Origin: a virus
Lineage: Duplodnaviria > Heunggongvirae > Uroviricota > Caudoviricetes
Strand: one strand, 5' to 3'
IMG/VR virus record: IMGVR_UViG_3300028914_000001
Location: 93,489-157,488 of that record
Length of the DNA: 64,000 nucleotides
In this document: positions 55,593 to 64,000 of the stretch, in pieces
How positions within the stretch are numbered: the stretch's first letter is position 1
Layout: the number at the start of each line of letters is the position of its first letter
Notes under the pieces: generated by a model
Told to the model about the DNA's origin: nothing
The model's database searches: none
What the model saw: the letters and a program-made list of their open reading frames with translations, nothing else
Made by a program: the position numbers and the translations under genes

Positions 55593-57155
55593 TTAAAACG
55601 GTTGATTTTCATCCGTTTGGCTAGTGTCACTATTGCCACCAAGATTTGGCAATTCTTCGCTCGTATTTTCACTAATCTTGTCTACTTGGCCAATGTCGTT
55701 GATGTCCGGCCCAGTACCAAGGTCGGCGCCAGCCATGCCTGTATCCAGGCCGCCCGTGCCGTCATCCATACCAGGCATTCCTGTATCCATACCAGCCATG
55801 CCTGTATCCATACCGCCAACGCCGCCTCCAATGCCGCCTCCAATGCCGCCCGTGCCTGCATCCATACCGCCAGCGCCTGCACCTCCCATTCCAGTTGCAG
55901 CAGTACCATCGTCAGGAAGACCCATGCCTGAATCCATATTTTCTTCACTGTTCGTAGTCTCACGGCCTTCACCCTTACGAGCAGCCATTTCCTGCATCAT
56001 TTTGTCGCTATACAGCCATGACTCAAACTCCAACGCAGAGTTTACATCGTTAGATTCAAGGAACCGACAGAATGCTTCGGCTTCCTTTTCATAAACCATT
56101 CCTTTGAATTGCTTATAGAAGGTCTGGAATTCTTCAAGCTTTTTCACAGGCGACCAGTCCGTCATAATTCCCTGCGTACCCTTGCTAATCTGTTTTCCCG
56201 TCGGCATCAATCCTTGGTGATTCTGTCTCGCCTCATTAGCCATTTTGTCCGCCAGAATGTTTGTCAGTCTAGTAAAACTTCCGTTTTGTGAACTATCCTG
56301 AGACACAGTCGTGCTTAGCTTCTCTAGACAGTAGTCGACAAAGTTTACCTCTTTGTTAGGACCTTCAAGGTCGCCTCCAAGGCCCGCATTCCCACCAGTG
56401 GCACCACCAGCAGCGTTGCCGCCCATTCCTCCTGACATGTCAGGAGCCATGCCAGTTCCATTATCCGCAGGAGCGGCAAAATCGGCTTCGCCAAACCCTC
56501 CGTCAGCACCACCCATGTCAGATTCCATGATAGCATTAGCGATATTCAGTAGACCACGCATATCAGCATCCATTATAGGCTGATATCCGTTTTCGTCCGT
56601 AGAATAGATATTATCTTCCTCAGCCATTTCGTTGGCTTCCTTAATCGCATCATCGCAACACTGCAGAATAGTCTGTCCAAACCCGTCTATATAGTGTTCT
56701 GAATCCAACGAGAGTTCAAACATTTTTTCAACGAAATCATCGACATTATACTTAATCGTTATGTTTCCGTTATCGTTAGGATATAGCATATCAACGACAA
56801 CAGAGTGGTTTTTCCTATTCATCTTGAACTTAGCATGTGCAGAGTCACATACTACATTTCCTAGGTCAAGACGGAACAAAGACTGACCAACAGACTGTGC
56901 GACCGCCTCTGTCAGAGCCTTGTTCAAAATTGTCTGTATCGTCGTGTATCCGTGAGGGTTACAATCCTTGTTCACCTTCTTTGCGAGGTCTCCCCAATTA
57001 ACACCCTTTTCGCCACGGACATGTTTGCCCTGAATTGATGCAACAATATTCTTCATCGTCTCGATTGGCACAGCTTTGGCGGGTTTTACCGGGCCGCTTT
57101 CAGTGTGGACGTATGCAAACGTGCTGTTGTTATTCATACTTATGAACTCCGACAT
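55593..57155 (-). CDS. acidic protein with Gly/Met-rich (DTGM) repeats
   Basis: GMDTGMAGMDTGMPGMDDG; TATAAACTA at 57172-57180. Confidence 0.75.
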   Translation of the reverse strand: MSEFISMNNNSTFAYVHTESGPVKPAKAVPIETMKNIVASIQGKHVRGEKGVNWGDLAKKVNKDCNPHGYTTIQTILNKALTEAVAQSVGQSLFRLDLGNVVCDSAHAKFKMNRKNHSVVVDMLYPNDNGNITIKYNVDDFVEKMFELSLDSEHYIDGFGQTILQCCDDAIKEANEMAEEDNIYSTDENGYQPIMDADMRGLLNIANAIMESDMGGADGGFGEADFAAPADNGTGMAPDMSGGMGGNAAGGATGGNAGLGGDLEGPNKEVNFVDYCLEKLSTTVSQDSSQNGSFTRLTNILADKMANEARQNHQGLMPTGKQISKGTQGIMTDWSPVKKLEEFQTFYKQFKGMVYEKEAEAFCRFLESNDVNSALEFESWLYSDKMMQEMAARKGEGRETTNSEENMDSGMGLPDDGTAATGMGGAGAGGMDAGTGGIGGGIGGGVGGMDTGMAGMDTGMPGMDDGTGGLDTGMAGADLGTGPDINDIGQVDKISENTSEELPNLGGNSDTSQTDENQPF

Positions 57156-57175
57156 GTAGTCTAATCATTCATAGT

Positions 57176-59515
57176 TTATAACGTCTTGGTACCCAAAAGC
57201 ATCGGCAAACGGTGTTGCCAACGCAACACGAAATTGATTTGGTCCTCGTCCCAGTCATCACCCCCGACATAATCCATGTAGTCGATACAGGTTACGACAT
57301 TCGTGTCCATCACACACACCCGCTGTCGGCACTCATGGCAGAACATCGAGAGTTCCGCAGCAATATGGTCATCGCCGATTATATAACCATTCAGTATTCG
57401 TACACGAAGAATATCTGGTATCATACTCGCCCTGATTGCAAATACGGGCCCGCCAAGAATCGCCACATCGGTAAGCTCGCCAAATCCTAGTTCCCCGATG
57501 ATTTTCTTCGTACTGTTGTCCTTAATCGACAATCCCTCATAGCAACCGTAGGAGTCGTGACTGTCATGCCAGTTGAACGTGTTAGGAATAGTTTTCCAGC
57601 CATATGTTCCAACCATACCCACATCAGTTGGAAGCTTGTCAAGTTTTTCCTTCCAGAATATGTCAGAAATACAGGTAGAACTGTCCATGAACATGAACCA
57701 GTCAGGAGGAACGCTGAATGTCACTTCCTCCATCTTGAACATGCCGGAGAACAACGCCTTTACACTAAGGGAAACCCTATCCGCACTGTTTTTCTTTGTG
57801 AAGAAATGGTTCGGATGATACACATAATCGTATGTCTTGTATCCGCCATCAAATCTCTTGTACAGGTCAACCTCTCCCCTCTTGTAAATGCAACGGAAAA
57901 TCTGCGGTGATGTCAACGACTTGACCACATCATTGTTCGTAACGGCACTGCACTTAACGGGAGTCAACCCAAGGATATTCCTCATCTTGTTGTCATGGTC
58001 GATTTCCTGCTGTCTAATCCTCTTCAACAGACGCTTCTTTTCCGACATGACAAGACGGGGTTCGTTAATCTTCGTGTCAAGTGCAAGGGTAACATCATCG
58101 TCCGTAACTTCGTGGTACTGATACGGACTCTTCTTACGCATATCGACATACTTCTTGTGCATCATGAGGATTGAGAACTTTCCCTTCTTATAGCGTTTGG
58201 CATTCTCCTCCTTGTCAATCTTCAATTTCTTCCTGATAAATTCATGGGTGATGTCGATAAAGTTCCCGCCCTTGATTAGGGCCTCGATATCGACATAGTT
58301 GATGCCGACCATGACTTCCTTAATCTTCTGAGAATGATAGGTATACCACGTCATTATATTGCCCGAAGCAAGCTTGACATGAACTTTCTCACTGTTCTTT
58401 GCGTATGTATCAATCCACTTGTCGTTAACACCGTATCTGTTCTTGATATGCTTCCTTGTTATGAACTCCTTTCCAAGTCCATACAGTATTCCGCAATCCC
58501 TGTCATAAATGTACTTGTCAAGGTCTTCCACAAGGAACATGGCAAACCCTTTTCCTGAACGGCTCAACTTGGCGCCATTGGCTTTTCGCACAGGCTTTAT
58601 CAGTTTCTTTTCATACCTCGCCCGCAGCCATTCCTTCTTCGATGCACCGACATATATCCTAGCCATATCGCTGGAAATAATGTCCTTCAACGGGTTGTAA
58701 ATAGCGATATCACCAGCATGTGATGCAATGAACTTTCGTATATCATCGGACGAGTAGCGGTCTGTAACATAACCATCCATCGTCTTCATCTTACGTGGCT
58801 TATACACTGCAAAGAATTCGTTAGATTTCGCCGTATTTCCAATAATGTCAAGAACATCCTCGAAGGAAATCGTTGCGTTAGCCTTTGCCACAATATCAAG
58901 AAAACGGTTATGACGATAGTACACGTCAAGGTCTTTCTTGTAGTAAACGACGTGCTTCTCTCCGTCTGTAGACATCTGTTCCTTGAATGGAATGTCCTTA
59001 ACAATCGACTCAAACTGTCCCTGGGACATGCCGAGGTATTCTGCGGCTTCCATCCTACCGAACGTGGAGAACGGAAGGTCTTTCCTTCTAAACTCTATGG
59101 ACAGAAGTTTGCACCGTTCCACCACCTCTGGTTCACGGTAAAGCCTGTCCCCATTACTATCGAGAATGTAGAATAAGTTGTGAAGGATATCCCTGTCGAT
59201 AACCCATTCTACCGTGCGGTTGAGGTTTCGGCAAATGTATTTCAAACTGATATACTTTACATTGTCCTTCAACACACGGTCAGCTTCCGAAAGTTCGTAC
59301 AGCCCGTACTCAACATTCGCTTGGAGTATCTTTTTAGTGTCCGTCGGTATCTCGTACTTTATCTCGTCATAGTTAACCTTTCCTTCGGATTCATTCCGAA
59401 GAAAGTCCATGGCAGCAATCTCCTCGTCATTGACAACGGGAGATATGTCGTAGTCAGATGCAAGAGCAAGAGTGTCTTGCGGTAATTTCCAAAGTTCGTC
59501 GTGTTTAGGATTCAT
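57176..59515 (-). CDS. multi-HTH-like protein with a C-terminal GT2-like domain
   Basis: EAAEYLGMS HTH; C-terminal ISDIFW...VGMVGTYG...VAILGGPVFAIR pattern. Confidence 0.5.
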   Translation of the reverse strand: MNPKHDELWKLPQDTLALASDYDISPVVNDEEIAAMDFLRNESEGKVNYDEIKYEIPTDTKKILQANVEYGLYELSEADRVLKDNVKYISLKYICRNLNRTVEWVIDRDILHNLFYILDSNGDRLYREPEVVERCKLLSIEFRRKDLPFSTFGRMEAAEYLGMSQGQFESIVKDIPFKEQMSTDGEKHVVYYKKDLDVYYRHNRFLDIVAKANATISFEDVLDIIGNTAKSNEFFAVYKPRKMKTMDGYVTDRYSSDDIRKFIASHAGDIAIYNPLKDIISSDMARIYVGASKKEWLRARYEKKLIKPVRKANGAKLSRSGKGFAMFLVEDLDKYIYDRDCGILYGLGKEFITRKHIKNRYGVNDKWIDTYAKNSEKVHVKLASGNIMTWYTYHSQKIKEVMVGINYVDIEALIKGGNFIDITHEFIRKKLKIDKEENAKRYKKGKFSILMMHKKYVDMRKKSPYQYHEVTDDDVTLALDTKINEPRLVMSEKKRLLKRIRQQEIDHDNKMRNILGLTPVKCSAVTNNDVVKSLTSPQIFRCIYKRGEVDLYKRFDGGYKTYDYVYHPNHFFTKKNSADRVSLSVKALFSGMFKMEEVTFSVPPDWFMFMDSSTCISDIFWKEKLDKLPTDVGMVGTYGWKTIPNTFNWHDSHDSYGCYEGLSIKDNSTKKIIGELGFGELTDVAILGGPVFAIRASMIPDILRVRILNGYIIGDDHIAAELSMFCHECRQRVCVMDTNVVTCIDYMDYVGGDDWDEDQINFVLRWQHRLPMLLGTKTL

Positions 59516-59536
59516 CGTAGTTAAAATACAATATTT

Positions 59537-59574
59537 GAATGGGGGTCCCCGTGAGATAGGACCCCCATTCGTTT
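59537..59574. terminator. terminator after the scaffold gene
   Basis: GAATGGGGGTCC/GGACCCCCATTC. Confidence 0.7.
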
Positions 59575-59594
59575 GGTGTATAGTGGAAACTTGG

Positions 59595-60548
59595 TTACGA
59601 GAACACGTTCATTCCAGCGTTCAGGGCTAGCCTAACGTCATCGTCAGCAACACCGTTGTCCAGCGAACTGGGCTGGGACAGCATTTCCTTGGTAACGTCA
59701 GGGCTGTTGTACACCTTGTTCTGGGACAGTCCCTGCCCAAGGGCTTCAAACGCAGCAGACTTGCTGCCGAAGCCGACGGAGGCTAGTTTGGGCGCAGGAC
59801 GCATCCTTTTGCTGACAGCAGCGCTTCCACCAGCAGGATACCTGACCTCGTTAACTGCGAGGTTATTCTTCCGATAGTTCGTCAACCCGTTGTCCATGAT
59901 GTCGTCATGCATCAGGCCGTCGGCTATCTCGTTCAATTCGTTCATGTCAATTTGGTTGGGAGCCTTTATTTCACCGATTCCGCTAAACTCCCTGCTAGAA
60001 GTCTTCTCGTCTTCAATCCCGTTTATGTACTTGAAAATGTCTTCACGTTTAAGGTCATCAAGAGAAACATCTCGGTTCGGGTCAGTGAAGTATTCAACCG
60101 CCTTCTGCTGGAGGTCTGGACGGTAACCGTTGGTTTCACGGAGAACCTTGTCTTCAATCTTCGCATACATGAGCTGCTTCATAGCACGCTTGTATTCGAC
60201 CACTTTCTCTTGAAGTTCCGCCTTCAACTGTGCAACCGCTTTCTTCGCTTCTCTTTCCCGTGTAGTTTCTATCTGACACTCTTCGAGGACATTCACAATC
60301 TTTTGCAACGCCTCAAACAAATGTCCGTTGACGGCGTTGTCGCCCATGTTGTCAACCTTTTTCTGAACAGCTGGTTTTACCAACGCATCGAATTGTCCAG
60401 ATACCGCCTCGACCAAGGACTTGAACTGTCGGTCGCCCTTCGCCTCGTAGTCGGATATAGCCTTGCTATACCCACCCTCAATCTTCGATGCAATCTCGGG
60501 GGATATAGTACCAAGTTCTTCTTTTGTTAAGATGTCTGACAGTTGCAT
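59595..60548 (-). CDS. prohead scaffolding protein (T4 gp22-like)
   Basis: Acidic coiled coil directly after the protease gene. Confidence 0.6.
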   Translation of the reverse strand: MQLSDILTKEELGTISPEIASKIEGGYSKAISDYEAKGDRQFKSLVEAVSGQFDALVKPAVQKKVDNMGDNAVNGHLFEALQKIVNVLEECQIETTREREAKKAVAQLKAELQEKVVEYKRAMKQLMYAKIEDKVLRETNGYRPDLQQKAVEYFTDPNRDVSLDDLKREDIFKYINGIEDEKTSSREFSGIGEIKAPNQIDMNELNEIADGLMHDDIMDNGLTNYRKNNLAVNEVRYPAGGSAAVSKRMRPAPKLASVGFGSKSAAFEALGQGLSQNKVYNSPDVTKEMLSQPSSLDNGVADDDVRLALNAGMNVFS

Positions 60549-60557
60549 ATTGTCACC

Positions 60558-61283
60558 TTATCCACGCAAATTGTTGAGTAGAGCAATCCTGTTATAGCAA
60601 TGACACTTATTAGTGCGGAAATCAATGTTGCGGTTCATAACAACTTCCTTGCGGCAACGGTCAATAGATTCTGTAAGAATCTTGTGAGCCTTCCTCTTGC
60701 CTGCATCGCTTTCGAAGTGGCTAGTGATTAGGGCCTTATTGTCGAAGCTCGGGTTTCCTACAACGTCAACAGTAATCAAAGTGTACTCAGGGTCAATTTC
60801 TTCATAACCTGTGGGAAGTTCGATGGTATCGCCTGCTCCACGCAGAGAGTAGCCGGGAGTATATCCCGCCTTGATGAGGCCAGCAAGATTTCGACCCGCA
60901 TCAGTATCCTCTGCGACAACCATTCGGCAGTAAAGATTCTTTCCGTCCATACGGAGTTCCTCGATTACTGCACAGGTCTTCCACAAGTTCATTTCGAAAA
61001 TCGGGTAATCTTTCGGGTTTCCTTCCATGTCTACACGAGGGTGGTTCAATTCAGCCGCCAATCGTCCAAGAGGAATCTTCGTCTTGTTCAGCTTCGCAAC
61101 TTCCCTGGCGATGATTGCACGAGGATATGAACGACCGTTGATACCCGGTTCGTCACAGACAATAGCCGTGCCTTCCAGGATAAGTCTCTTAACCTTATTT
61201 CCATAAATGTCGGTACGTTCGGCGACAGACACCTTGCTGTCATCGAAATTAGGTACGCTAATGATTTCCCGCATCTTTCCCAT
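60558..61283 (-). CDS. prohead core protease (T4 gp21-like)
   Basis: NGRSYP, AAELNHP, GYSLRGAG and ITVDVVGNPS motifs. Confidence 0.92.
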   Translation of the reverse strand: MGKMREIISVPNFDDSKVSVAERTDIYGNKVKRLILEGTAIVCDEPGINGRSYPRAIIAREVAKLNKTKIPLGRLAAELNHPRVDMEGNPKDYPIFEMNLWKTCAVIEELRMDGKNLYCRMVVAEDTDAGRNLAGLIKAGYTPGYSLRGAGDTIELPTGYEEIDPEYTLITVDVVGNPSFDNKALITSHFESDAGKRKAHKILTESIDRCRKEVVMNRNIDFRTNKCHCYNRIALLNNLRG

Positions 61284-61296
61284 GACGCTCCCCTAC

Positions 61297-61476
61297 TCAC
61301 ACTTTCTTGGGTGAGTTAATACTTTCCATGACTATCTTGGTTTTTTCCTTCATGCACATACTATACACGGACTCCATATAGGCATTGACCATTTTTTCCA
61401 CATTGGTGGAGTCGCCGTTAAGCAGATAGCTTATCAGCGAGCGTGCGTCATTGTCTTTAAGTCCTGGTATGGCCAT
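61297..61476 (-). CDS. small prohead-core-like protein (59 aa, MAIPGLKDND...)
   Basis: Hand-translated; lies between TATAAACTA (61509-61517) and the protease. Confidence 0.6.
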   Translation of the reverse strand: MAIPGLKDNDARSLISYLLNGDSTNVEKMVNAYMESVYSMCMKEKTKIVMESINSPKKV

Positions 61477-61579
61477 TACTGAAAACCAATAATCATTACA
61501 TTCGTATATAGTTTATAATAGAGAGCGTCGGGCCAATATCTCTCGATACTGACCCATACCCTAAAATACGTTTTTTCTA

Positions 61580-62317
61580 CTAAATTCCGTTCTCGTCAGG
61601 TGAAATATTCTCATCGGGAACAGGAGGCAACATAGGCTCCTCCACTGGATTCTCCTGAACAGGCGCCTGAGCCGGAGTAGCAGGCTCTTGTTTCGGTGTC
61701 ACTTCTGCCGGAACGTGGTATGTCCTTGCCGCTTTTAGTATAGTCATCCAGTTTGTCATCACTGCGGTAAATGCCGCCAGCAAATGTTTGCATACCCGAT
61801 TCTTGTGCTGCGGGTCCCTTACCTTAGGCGCAATGTCTTCACCTCCCGAAGGGACTCCATCGATAGATTCGTAGCCAGAAAGGTAGCTGTCGTAAATATG
61901 TTTTAGGTTGTACTTCATGCCGCTCCAGTTGAAGTCCGGGCACGTACAGAATACCTTGACATCACATGAACGAAGCAACGCAATCTTCTTTGCAGGCGCC
62001 ATCGCACCTTGCGCCTGACTGAACAACGTCCCCTGCTTCGGTATGAACTCGATGTATACATCATAGTTCTTCTCGTTGCTTGCCGAAGGAACAACAAAGT
62101 GAACGACCGCATGACCACTTTTCGGGTCTCTTGTCAGGTCGTTATAGTGGAATGTAAGGGTCTTGCTCCTGTATTTCCTTAGGTTATCCGCCGCCCCCGA
62201 AAGGTCTGCCATAGTAGCCTCGAAGCACGCATCGTACAGACGAGATACGCTCTCATACTGACGCATACTTAGACCTAGATTGCCTACGGCTTCCATAAAG
62301 ATTTTCTTCTCGTTCAT
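61580..62317 (-). CDS. SWIM-like Zn-finger protein with the shared N-terminal module
   Basis: CTCPDF...VCKHL; FMEAVGNLGLSMRQYESVSRLYDACFEA. Confidence 0.75.
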   Translation of the reverse strand: MNEKKIFMEAVGNLGLSMRQYESVSRLYDACFEATMADLSGAADNLRKYRSKTLTFHYNDLTRDPKSGHAVVHFVVPSASNEKNYDVYIEFIPKQGTLFSQAQGAMAPAKKIALLRSCDVKVFCTCPDFNWSGMKYNLKHIYDSYLSGYESIDGVPSGGEDIAPKVRDPQHKNRVCKHLLAAFTAVMTNWMTILKAARTYHVPAEVTPKQEPATPAQAPVQENPVEEPMLPPVPDENISPDENGI

Positions 62318-62326
62318 ATATTCCAC

Positions 62327-63964
62327 CTAGCTAAACAGCACTTCCGCATCATGGTTTTCCATGATGAAAACTCCATCCATACCAGCCTTCTTGACGTGTA
62401 TGGCAACAAGGTCAACATCAAGCCTAATCAGGTCGCCAAGGAAATTATTGTTGCGAGCTATCCTATAAACCTCGTTATTGGTCCCCGTAAACTGGTCGGT
62501 CAGAACGTAAGTGTAAGGATATCCGTCATGTTCCATAATATCCTGGCGGAACACTGTTATAGCAGCATCGGAAACAGAGCTCGGGTCAATAGTACCGCTC
62601 GATACGGTATCCATCTGAGCCTGGAACATTCCATTTCCACCAGCACCCAACGGAAGGTTGCTAGAAAAGGCACCGCATGCAATATACTCGTCAGCATTTT
62701 CCAACGGGTTTACAATGTCATAGAATTGTTTCAAATATTTCTTAGAAACCGCCGCACTCTTCTCCGGCTTGACCGGGTTGATAACCCTGACGTTTGCAAA
62801 CTGGTCGTTCTCGTAGTTAGAAACAATCGGATTCCTGTCATAGGCGTTATTCTGGTTAGTCGCAACAACCAGGGTATTCCTCGAGACCGGGGTTTCCTCA
62901 CCGTCCAAAGCCATCTTGATTAACTTCAAGATGTTCTTGATGAGCAACGTATTGGATGCAAACGAAGTTATCCGGCGTAGGCTTTTCTCGATAGATGATA
63001 CCAACCCAAGACCTTCTCCGGCAACCTGAGTGTCCTTCCTGGTATCACCCACAAGGAATTTCGACATCAGGCTGCCTTGCTTGATTTCCTTTATAAGCTG
63101 ACGTTCTGCCCTATCCGCATTCGCTTCTATGTCACGAACACGCTTCTCGGCCAGCTTGTCCATTGCGTTTTTCTTTCCACCAGATTTCTTTGCGTTTTTA
63201 TATTTGTTACTGTACCTCATCGCTATCGTCTTGAACAGAGGATGGCGTATGTTGATAAACGGAATTCCGAACACTTCCGTATACGGTTTGCTTATCTCGA
63301 TATGAGACTTGCTCAGACCATATCCTGCTGGGATATATGCCCTCGTCGCAATGTTTTGCCCATGGTCGATGCTTACCCTATCCCTTTCCTCACGAGATTC
63401 AATCTCTTTCTTAGGATTAAACAATTCATCACAGTAATACTCTATGGCATTCGTTTGCGATGCCCTGTAACCACGACTTACCAAGCTATCGACGACACGC
63501 TCGACATCCTCGTTGTCATAGTTTCGGTTATACCTTACAGCAAACTCATCCATCTTCGCAATTACAGCAGCATAAAGAGAAGCCGCCTCTCCCGGAGAGT
63601 ACGATTCCATGTTGAGGTCGATATCCCTCATGTCTATTCCTACCGTACCATAGCCACCAAAAGTCTTTAACATCTTGTAGAATGCGTCGTAATCACCTTC
63701 TTCGATAACATGAAGCATCTCTGGCTTTTCTGTCTCTATCCTCCTATAGGCGATTTCGTACTTTTCCAAAGTGTCACCAAGCATGTGTGCGTAGCTACGA
63801 TAAGCGACAGCCACTGCCAGTTGAACCGCAGCATCAACCGATTCATCTACATTGTTCGCTACCTTCAAGTCATCGGAAACACCCATTGTGGTCAGATAAG
63901 AAATGATAAACGCATTCTCTACCATGACCCTCATCTTGGTATAACCAACGCCATCGAGCAACAT
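62327..63964 (-). CDS. hypothetical protein
   Basis: 545-aa ORF tiled with the head genes; start uncertain. Confidence 0.7.
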   Translation of the reverse strand: MLLDGVGYTKMRVMVENAFIISYLTTMGVSDDLKVANNVDESVDAAVQLAVAVAYRSYAHMLGDTLEKYEIAYRRIETEKPEMLHVIEEGDYDAFYKMLKTFGGYGTVGIDMRDIDLNMESYSPGEAASLYAAVIAKMDEFAVRYNRNYDNEDVERVVDSLVSRGYRASQTNAIEYYCDELFNPKKEIESREERDRVSIDHGQNIATRAYIPAGYGLSKSHIEISKPYTEVFGIPFINIRHPLFKTIAMRYSNKYKNAKKSGGKKNAMDKLAEKRVRDIEANADRAERQLIKEIKQGSLMSKFLVGDTRKDTQVAGEGLGLVSSIEKSLRRITSFASNTLLIKNILKLIKMALDGEETPVSRNTLVVATNQNNAYDRNPIVSNYENDQFANVRVINPVKPEKSAAVSKKYLKQFYDIVNPLENADEYIACGAFSSNLPLGAGGNGMFQAQMDTVSSGTIDPSSVSDAAITVFRQDIMEHDGYPYTYVLTDQFTGTNNEVYRIARNNNFLGDLIRLDVDLVAIHVKKAGMDGVFIMENHDAEVLFS

Positions 63965-64000
63965 AATGTAATTATTATTAGAATCATATGCCGCAAGTTC

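Overview
This 64-kb window looks like part of a large lytic (jumbo, T4-like head module) bacteriophage genome read in the standard code, with most genes on the minus strand. It holds DNA-metabolism genes (dUTPase; an NAD+-dependent ligase split into two ORFs by a trypsin-like protease gene) and a ~9-kb RNA island (8.0-17.1 kb). The island carries 34 tRNAs covering all 20 amino acids, none with encoded CCA, plus a Ro60/TROVE gene and many structured non-coding spacers. The rest includes IF-3, a sigma-70-family factor beside two HSP20 genes, an amidase, a neck-like protein, tail/collagen proteins, and a prohead protease plus scaffold. The main candidate novelty is a Ro60-associated RNA family. 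Five RNAs keep a normal tRNA frame (acceptor stem and T arm; D arm in four) but carry a conserved Y-RNA-like helix in place of the anticodon loop, and two free RNAs carry the same helix in the opposite strand order. Second, eight proteins from seven unrelated families share an ungapped 27-aa N-terminal module, usually ending in FE, which may be a capsid-targeting propeptide. A TATAAACTA motif precedes many putative late genes. All calls were made by eye, with no database searches or folding programs; tRNA coordinates run from base 1 to the discriminator.
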